Shown here piece by piece: positions 57,751-64,000 of a stretch of DNA of 64,000 bases. The stretch is from positions 143,741 through 207,740 of the forward strand of contig DFOW01000001.1 in assembly GCA_002376885.1 (NCBI GenBank). The letters are read 5' to 3'. The stretch's first letter is position 1; every line of letters starts with the position of its first letter. The notes beneath the pieces are model-generated. The model saw only the letters and a program-made list of their open reading frames with translations, had not been told where the DNA came from and did not search any database. The translations under genes and the position numbers were made by a program. The DNA comes from Patescibacteria group bacterium UBA3531. Lineage in GTDB: Bacteria > Patescibacteriota > Minisyncoccia > Phycocordibacterales > UBA3531.

Positions 57751-59430
57751 CTAAAGTTCTTCCTGGTCTGGCAATACAGGCCTTGTTTTACTCACCCGAG
57801 CAACAAGCGCCCGCCTAATATCCTTAATTTCTTGATTACCCAGCGTCTCAAGAAACAAAATACCAACAACAATACCGGCAATGCCAGACAAGAACCCCTG
57901 CAAAAAGATTCCCCAAAAGGTATTGATATCAAATACATCATCAAACACTTGAAGAAGATAATACGCCACAATTCCCATCAAAAGCGCTGCAGCAAGCGAT
58001 TGGAATACACTTTTTCGTATAGAAACATAATATTCTCTAAATTCTTTTTTAAATAAAAGCCAAATAAGAGAAAGATTAAGAAGCGCCCCAACCGAGAACG
58101 CGAGAGGCAACATAAGGACACTGGTACCAGGAATACCCTCAACACGGAAAAGGTTTTCAAAAAAGTCTCTGAATCCTGGGACGCTTGAGAAAATAGAAAG
58201 AAATACAAACCCCAAGACAACACTCACAAGACCCGAAACAAGGTTTACATAAAGCGGCTTTTTTGTATTTCCTGCTGCGTAGTAACCACGCACAAACAAA
58301 TTAATAAGCCCTTGCGCAACCACAGAGAATGAAAAGAGAGCAAGCGCTGCTGCGGTGAGTCTGGTGTCGGTCCACGTAAATTCCCCTGCCCCTAAAATGG
58401 TTCTAACGATTTGCGCACGAAGCACAACAAACAAAGACAGCACGGGCAACGACCAGAAAATAATGTGTTTCCCTGCCGCAACAATGTACTGAACAAAGTG
58501 CGACTTATCGCCATTTGAAAAGAGTCGCGAAAGCGTTGGGAATGCCGCAACCGAATAACTCATACCAATAATGGCAAGAGGGACCGACTGAAGATTATAC
58601 GAGAGATTAAAGATTGCAATTGACCCCTCCTCAATACGCGAAGCAAGCGCCACAAAGACAATAATAAGAATGTGATTCACACTCAAAGTAAGGGTTCGTG
58701 GCAAAGAAAGTGTTACTACTTTTTTAATAGAAGAAAAATCTGGAACAAATGTTATGCGAGGGAAGATTCCTGAACGTACAACTGTTGGGATTTGAATAAT
58801 AAAATGAAAGAGTGCACCAAGAATAACTCCGTACACCAGCCCCTTGATTCCAAATGGTTCGTATAAAAAAAGAAGCCCAAAAATGATTGCAAGGTTGTAA
58901 ACAATCGGGGTAAGAGCGTAGACAAAAAAGCGTCTCATGGTTTGAACCACGCTTCCAAATAAGTTAGAGAGCCCAAGTAAAAATGGGGAGAGCAACAACA
59001 ACCGAGACAACTCTATAAACGTTTCTTTATTTTCATCACTAAACCCTGGGACCACAATATCTGCAAGGGTTGGCATTAATACATACGCAACCAAAGAAAC
59101 AATAATCATTAAAAGAAGGAAGAAGGTAAGGATACTTGAAAGGAAGTTGTTGAGTTCTTGCCTTCTTTCTTCCCCCAACTTTTCAGTAATAAAAGGAATA
59201 AGGACCGTTGCTGCAACAAGCGAAGCAACCAAGACATAGATGATGTCGGGTACCCTAAATGAGGCGTAATAGACATCGAGTGTTGTCCCTGCCCCAAAAG
59301 TGCTCGCAAAAAGACGGTCACGAACAAGGGCAAGAATTTGAGACCCAAAAGCAGAGATTCCCAAGAGAAACGCGGCCTCGTGAAGGCCGCCAAAATCCTT
59401 ATTAAAAAGCCGTACAATACCGTTTACCAT
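57751..59430 (-). CDS. murJ: lipid II flippase MurJ (MviN)
   Basis: 14-TM MOP family, N-terminal ...LGISAFGSQILALVRDRL.A..FGAG...D. Confidence 0.85.
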   Translation of the reverse strand: MVNGIVRLFNKDFGGLHEAAFLLGISAFGSQILALVRDRLFASTFGAGTTLDVYYASFRVPDIIYVLVASLVAATVLIPFITEKLGEERRQELNNFLSSILTFFLLLMIIVSLVAYVLMPTLADIVVPGFSDENKETFIELSRLLLLSPFLLGLSNLFGSVVQTMRRFFVYALTPIVYNLAIIFGLLFLYEPFGIKGLVYGVILGALFHFIIQIPTVVRSGIFPRITFVPDFSSIKKVVTLSLPRTLTLSVNHILIIVFVALASRIEEGSIAIFNLSYNLQSVPLAIIGMSYSVAAFPTLSRLFSNGDKSHFVQYIVAAGKHIIFWSLPVLSLFVVLRAQIVRTILGAGEFTWTDTRLTAAALALFSFSVVAQGLINLFVRGYYAAGNTKKPLYVNLVSGLVSVVLGFVFLSIFSSVPGFRDFFENLFRVEGIPGTSVLMLPLAFSVGALLNLSLIWLLFKKEFREYYVSIRKSVFQSLAAALLMGIVAYYLLQVFDDVFDINTFWGIFLQGFLSGIAGIVVGILFLETLGNQEIKDIRRALVARVSKTRPVLPDQEEL

Positions 59431-59481
59431 GCTGATTTTTAGTAATTATAGGTAACAGGTATAATAAAGCAATAATAACCT

Positions 59482-59673
59482 ATGGAGAAAAAAGGAGTCA
59501 CGGTAAAAATAGCAGCAGAGGTTCTGGGAGTGTCAGTAAACACCCTGCGGAAGTGGGACAAAGAAGGAGTGCTTAAAGCCCAAAGGAAAGACAATGGCTA
59601 TCGCTATTACCATATTCGAGAGCTTGAGAAGTTTGCTAAAACCCACAAACTAAGACGAAAAAAGAGATTATAA
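59482..59673 (+). CDS. small MerR/excisionase-type HTH DNA-binding protein (HTH_17-like)
   Basis: VTVKIAAEVLGVSVNTLRKWDKEGVL...YRYY. Confidence 0.55.
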   Translation: MEKKGVTVKIAAEVLGVSVNTLRKWDKEGVLKAQRKDNGYRYYHIRELEKFAKTHKLRRKKRL

Positions 59674-59680
59674 CAATCAA

Positions 59681-59716
59681 AAATCCCGGGATTAACCGGG
59701 ATTTTTGATATAGATT
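59681..59716. terminator. bidirectional terminator AAAAATCCCGG-gattaa-CCGGGATTTTT shared by HTH gene and rnpB
   Basis: Perfect palindrome with A/T runs both sides. Confidence 0.7.
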
Positions 59717-60050
59717 GCCTTGTGCTTATAAGCCGGATTCTGTACTACGCAAAGCGTAGCGATAGCCATTTATCTGTCGTGTTTGTTACCAAACAGATCA
59801 AGCGGCACTCTCACACATGGTGAGCACGACCTTGCACCCAGGTAAGGATTTAGCCGTTTCACCTCTTATATTTCTATAAGAGCTTACCCCGAGGGGTATT
59901 GAGCCTATTTCTAAACTCAACGTCTCTGCTCGCACCTCTCGTATTGCTACGGACGGGCGTTACCCGCTACCCTGCTCCTTGTTTACACAAGGGAGTGTCC
60001 GGACTTTCCTCTCCTAAAAATAGGAGCGACTACCCAACACAAGGCGAGAT
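59712..60050 (-). ncRNA. rnpB: RNase P RNA (bacterial type A-like)
   Basis: Minus strand: P4 strands GAGAGGAAAGTCCGGACACTCCC and GTACAGAATCCGGCTTA; GGGTAACGCC P8/P9-like motif; P1 pairing between ATCTCGCCTTGTGTT (5') and AGCACAAGGCAATCT (3'). Confidence 0.8.
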
Positions 60051-60051
60051 T

Positions 60052-60080
60052 AGTATACGAAAGGCCGTATTATTTTGCAA
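60052..60080 (-). promoter_or_regulatory. promoter TTGCAA-17-TATACT for rnpB, -35 overlapping RNR stop
   Basis: Minus-strand TTGCAA 60075-60080, TATACT 60052-60057. Confidence 0.55.
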
Positions 60081-62442
60081 CCTTCTTTTTACTCTTTGAG
60101 GCTTTCTTGATTGTTTCAATTTTTGGAGTCGGAGCTGGAATATCTACTTCACAACTTCCTGCTGAACAGGCGAGCTCTTTTGCTCCTTGTGTTTGATCTT
60201 CCCCTTCGTACAGAACAAGCTTTGAGAAATCAATGTCAGGAAATGCTGCTGCTCGTTTTTCGTACTCACCCTTGGTAATAGATTCGTAAGGAGCTAGTTT
60301 GTAAACATGGTCGCTCCGTGGAAGGAATGAAAGTCCACCAACAATATCCCAGTTTTTGTACACCCACTGCCCTACCTCAAGCCACTCATCTTCTCCGATA
60401 GAAATTGTTGCAGAAGGATTATGCTCGGTATAACTTTCTTTCAACATTTTCCAATACTCAAGCATTTCAAACGCACCAACATCATCTTTAAATCGAGTAG
60501 ATGTTTCTGGAGCCTTCATAGGGAATTCCAAAACAAAAGTAGTTGCTGTTTCTTTGTCGTATCCTACCTCAGGATGATACGGCACGCCAATATCTTTCAA
60601 CATAGTAAAGATTGGGTTGTGTGACTCAATTCGTACTCGTCTAATATAATACTTTGAATGTCGAGGATGAAGACCACTTGCTGAGTCAAAAAGTTGTGAT
60701 CCGTTTCCTGATGGCTTCACACAGGTAATTGCAGTCGAAGGATTAATACCAAATCGTTGTGCATACTTTCGGTTAGTCTCAATTGCAACCTCTTTCATCT
60801 TTCGCAAAGTATTTGGATTTTGTACTGCCGGGCAATCCCATTGTCCGGTAATAGAAACTCCAAGTAATCGTTCTGCTTCACAATTTTCCTTCCATTCTTT
60901 TTTAATATACGGGAATTTGGTAAGAGTTGATTGATAGGTTCCCAAAATAGTTGCAACTCGTACTTTTTCGAGGAGATCTTCTTCAGTGTCTTCTGACCGG
61001 GCAACCACCTCTGAAAGGTTACAGAATTGCCGTGAGCGCAAAATAATCTCGCCACAAGGATTGAGTCCAGAATTACCCATAAATGGTGCAAACACCTTCC
61101 ACCTACGCACAGGAAGCTGTTTTTTAAGGGCTCCACGGTTAAAGATTCCTCGTTCTCCTGACCCTGCCTTTACGAGGTTTTGCCATTCATCAAGGAACTC
61201 TCGTACCGTTGGCTTCTCGTTGTAAACCGCACTATTGTTGGCCATGCTTCGTTGCGGATTATTAAGCCAAAACTGCCCATTTTTTGCCTCTCGCATTACA
61301 ATGTCATCCAAATCAGAGACAGAAATAAGGGCACTACGCCTTACCCCACCCGCAACAACAACGGATCCAATCTTACAAATAATGTCGTGCACATCGATGG
61401 TTGAAAGTCTCCTGTTTTGACGCGCAAACATCTTCTCTCGCGTAAAGTTTAAAAGAGATCGCAATGGTTCAGGACCACTTGCTCGTCCTCCCATGGTATT
61501 AAGCCTGGCACCTTCTGGTCTAATTTTTGAATAATCAAAATCAATGTCTTGTCCGTGCTCCCATGCGGTCATTCCAGCAACAAGTGCATCACACCATCCT
61601 TCTTTACTGTCATCAATAACAAATGTTTTTAATTTTTCTCCTGTTTGTCGTTGAATTAAAGGAAGTCGTTCAACATTTTGATGTTCTACCGAATACCCAA
61701 CACCAGAACCTGACATTGAAAGATACATAATATCTGCAAAATCTTTCCATTCGGTTGGTGCAACGAATGCACAGTTGTATGCGGTAATATTATTTTTTCG
61801 TGCAGCTTTTCCTGCTCCCCACAAAAGCCTCATTGAACCCATTGCACTCATTGAAAGCATGTACTCTCTAATTTCTGTATACTCTTCGTCTGTTAACTTG
61901 TCTCCAATGTTTTCTTTCATGAAGTCAACGTATCGATCGATTGCTTCAATCCATGATTCACGTCGTCCTTCTTCGTCTATCCAACGAGAATAAAACGTGT
62001 AGAACGCATACTCTGCCATTGCGCTTCTAAAATATTTTTTACTTTCAGTAACAAGATTGCGAACATTCTCTGGAACTGGTCGTCGTAATTTTCGAAGTTC
62101 TGATCGTTTATCTCGATACAAAATATATGCCTTTGCTGCTTGTGCGTACCGATGCAAAATAAGTTGCCGCTCTACCAAGTCTTGTACTTCTTCAACTGTT
62201 GGGATGTAAAAGTCGTTTGTTTTCTTGATTGAAGAGAGATCTTTCATAACAGCATCGGCAACAGCCTTTGGAGACTTTTCTCCATTCTCTCCCGATGCCT
62301 TCATAGCTTTTCCAACCGCAACTTCAATGCGTTTTGGATCAAATTCGACAATAGAACCGTCACGTTTTCTGATTTTGGTAACAAGTGCTGATGTTTTTTC
62401 CGTCTTCTTCTTCGCGACAGACGTTCGTTTTGTCTTTGGCAT
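60070..62442 (-). CDS. ribonucleotide reductase with N-terminal ATP-cone (probably class II, cobalamin-dependent NrdJ-like)
   Basis: ATP-cone VTKIRKRDGSIVEFDPKRIEVAV; 10-stranded barrel motifs; C-terminal Cys pair CSAGSC; no glycyl-radical motif. Confidence 0.8.
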   Translation of the reverse strand: MPKTKRTSVAKKKTEKTSALVTKIRKRDGSIVEFDPKRIEVAVGKAMKASGENGEKSPKAVADAVMKDLSSIKKTNDFYIPTVEEVQDLVERQLILHRYAQAAKAYILYRDKRSELRKLRRPVPENVRNLVTESKKYFRSAMAEYAFYTFYSRWIDEEGRRESWIEAIDRYVDFMKENIGDKLTDEEYTEIREYMLSMSAMGSMRLLWGAGKAARKNNITAYNCAFVAPTEWKDFADIMYLSMSGSGVGYSVEHQNVERLPLIQRQTGEKLKTFVIDDSKEGWCDALVAGMTAWEHGQDIDFDYSKIRPEGARLNTMGGRASGPEPLRSLLNFTREKMFARQNRRLSTIDVHDIICKIGSVVVAGGVRRSALISVSDLDDIVMREAKNGQFWLNNPQRSMANNSAVYNEKPTVREFLDEWQNLVKAGSGERGIFNRGALKKQLPVRRWKVFAPFMGNSGLNPCGEIILRSRQFCNLSEVVARSEDTEEDLLEKVRVATILGTYQSTLTKFPYIKKEWKENCEAERLLGVSITGQWDCPAVQNPNTLRKMKEVAIETNRKYAQRFGINPSTAITCVKPSGNGSQLFDSASGLHPRHSKYYIRRVRIESHNPIFTMLKDIGVPYHPEVGYDKETATTFVLEFPMKAPETSTRFKDDVGAFEMLEYWKMLKESYTEHNPSATISIGEDEWLEVGQWVYKNWDIVGGLSFLPRSDHVYKLAPYESITKGEYEKRAAAFPDIDFSKLVLYEGEDQTQGAKELACSAGSCEVDIPAPTPKIETIKKASKSKKKVAK

Positions 62443-62597
62443 AGGGCTTTTAAAATTAATAGGATTTCTTATAAGGTCACCCTATTGTACTAATCAGCCC
62501 CCTTAAAAAAAAGTGGATAAGTGGCCATTTTCACAAGAAGAAAATAAAAAGTCAGGGGTGTAAATATCAATTTTGGACGACACAAAAAATAGCCCGA

Positions 62598-62645
62598 GAT
62601 TACGGAAGGCACTCGGGACGATTTTTTTGGAAATTTTTATTTTTT
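62598..62645. terminator. terminator CCCGAG...CTCGGG with flanking A/T runs (after NUDIX gene)
   Basis: aaaaatagcccgagattacggaaggcactcgggacgattttttt. Confidence 0.5.
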
Positions 62646-62666
62646 GAGAAAAGAGAGACCTATTTA

Positions 62667-63161
62667 TTACGAAGACCTATTCCATTCGCTCTTGGTTCCC
62701 TTTCTTTGACTCTCTGCCATGACAAGCTCGTCATAGATGCCATCGATAAGGTCATAGTCTTTTGCTTCTTCAAGCGATACCCATTCAAACTTGTCGGTCT
62801 CGTCTTCTTTTAAAGTAATTTCGCCAGCCTCATAGTCTGCAAGGCATGAGATAACAAGAGACGGTGCTCCATCTGCATGCACTGTGGCCAAACTCGTTAC
62901 ATACTCAATGTTTTTAATATCAATTCCTACTTCTTCTTTAACTTCGCGCCTCAAAACCTTTTCAAGTACGTTATACCAATAATCCGTAGTATCTTTTGGT
63001 AAATCAATATAATCAGAAACCTCTAACTTCCCGCCCGGAACTGTCCACATTCCCGGGAATCGTCTTTTTTCTTTTGAGCGGCGTGTAATTAAATACTTAT
63101 CGTCTTTTACCACGATTGCTGTAATCGCCACCTCATGTAAGTAATCATTTTTATCTGCCAT
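62667..63161 (-). CDS. NUDIX hydrolase
   Basis: Nudix box GGKLEVSDY...E.LRREVKEEVGI. Confidence 0.8.
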   Translation of the reverse strand: MADKNDYLHEVAITAIVVKDDKYLITRRSKEKRRFPGMWTVPGGKLEVSDYIDLPKDTTDYWYNVLEKVLRREVKEEVGIDIKNIEYVTSLATVHADGAPSLVISCLADYEAGEITLKEDETDKFEWVSLEEAKDYDLIDGIYDELVMAESQRKGTKSEWNRSS

Positions 63162-63170
63162 AGCTTTATT

Positions 63171-64000
63171 TTACCAAATTTCTGCTCTTTGTTTTTTATT
63201 TCGATACAACTTGTTCTTTGGTGTAACGCCAAAGACTTCATAAAAAGATTCCATATTTGAAAACGGGATATTAATACGAAACTCAGGAGGAGAGTGGGGG
63301 TCTGTAATTAATCTTTGACGAATACTTTCTTTTTGGACATGCCCTCTTTCTATGACAGCAAGCCCAATAAAAAATAATTGTTCGTCGTCAAATCCTGAAA
63401 TAGTGTAATCTTTTATTTTGTTTCTTTTTTTAAAACGCTTATATGCATCATAAGCAATTACTGCCCCGCCTAAATCTGCAATATTCTCTCCCAATGTCAT
63501 TTTTCCATTTACATGCAAACCATCAAACAACTTCGCATTATTAAATTGACTGACAAGTGTACTTGTCCGTTTTTCAAATTTTTTTCTATCTTCTCTTGTC
63601 CACCAGTTTTTTAAGTTTCCATACGCATCAAACTTACTTCCTGAATCATCAAAACCATGAGTTAACTCATGACCAATCACTGAGCCGATAGCTCCGTAGT
63701 TAATTGCATCTGGAGCATTAACATCAAAAAAGGGAGGTTGCAAAATTCCAGCGGGGAATGTTATGTCGTTAAGGCCCGGGTCGTAACAAGCATTAACCGT
63801 TGCAGGAGAAAAGTGCCATTTCGTTCGATCTACTTTTTTGCCTGCTTTTTGTAGATTCCGCCTGTAATGAAACTCGCTCAAAGCGATAAGATTGTGGACA
63901 AAGGAATCTGAAGAAAGCCGGAGGCCCTTATACCCCTCCCATTTTTCTGGATATCCTATTTTTCTCCTTATAGTTCCAAGCTTTTTTAGAGCTTTCTTCT
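63171..64000 (-). CDS. M13-family zinc metallopeptidase (PepO/neprilysin-like), N-terminal part outside window
   Basis: VIGHELTHGFDD (HExxH), ENIADLGG, W.SPATVNACY; frame stays open upstream of the track start (TTG) to the window edge. Confidence 0.8.
   Translation of the reverse strand, partial: KKALKKLGTIRRKIGYPEKWEGYKGLRLSSDSFVHNLIALSEFHYRRNLQKAGKKVDRTKWHFSPATVNACYDPGLNDITFPAGILQPPFFDVNAPDAINYGAIGSVIGHELTHGFDDSGSKFDAYGNLKNWWTREDRKKFEKRTSTLVSQFNNAKLFDGLHVNGKMTLGENIADLGGAVIAYDAYKRFKKRNKIKDYTISGFDDEQLFFIGLAVIERGHVQKESIRQRLITDPHSPPEFRINIPFSNMESFYEVFGVTPKNKLYRNKKQRAEIW

Noticed and set aside
1-64000. CRISPR arrays and rRNA genes
   Set aside because: No regularly spaced direct repeats and no rRNA-like conserved stretches seen.

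Overview
Low-GC bacterial chromosome segment (flanking genes roughly 35-40% G+C by eye) whose gene content and protein features (small genome-style proteins, short IF-2, ValRS without the C-terminal coiled-coil, many small membrane ORFans) resemble a Patescibacteria/CPR-like genome. Housekeeping genes called from the ORF translations: dnaX, dus, capA-like, ftsQ-like, serS, dprA, topA, rel, parB, miaA, rpmG (found by eye, under the ORF-track size cutoff), clpB, cysteine desulfurase, infB-rbfA, gyrA, rpsA, pth, lepB, hisS, rpsU-ybeY, ftsA-ftsZ, tsaD, valS, prsW, hsp20, lepA, murJ, an ATP-cone ribonucleotide reductase, a NUDIX hydrolase and an M13 peptidase. RNA genes read directly from the sequence: 13 tRNAs and RNase P RNA (rnpB, minus strand, with P4 motifs GAGGAAAGTCCGG and ACAGAATCCGGCTTA). 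Four features stand out. (1) At least seven short, sharply bounded G+C-rich cassettes (roughly 55-65% by eye) carry ORFans with high GC3. Five of them sit behind near-identical TTGACA-A-rich promoters, several end in GC hairpin terminators, and three lie just 3' of tRNA genes. (2) Five tandem paralogous pilin-like genes (Sec signal plus two TM helices, VirB2/TrbC-like) sit with an orphan solute-binding-like protein. (3) Three tRNA-derived degenerate copies lie next to bona fide tRNAs and carry perfect hairpin insertions, two of them with GGG loops. There are also partial duplications of the rpmG 3' end and of the tRNA-Lys 5' end. (4) A free-standing LAGLIDADG homing endonuclease lies beside a tRNA cluster, and a truncated large serine recombinase lies at the window start. 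No CRISPR array and no rRNA was seen. All calls are by-eye motif recognition and have not been checked against any database.
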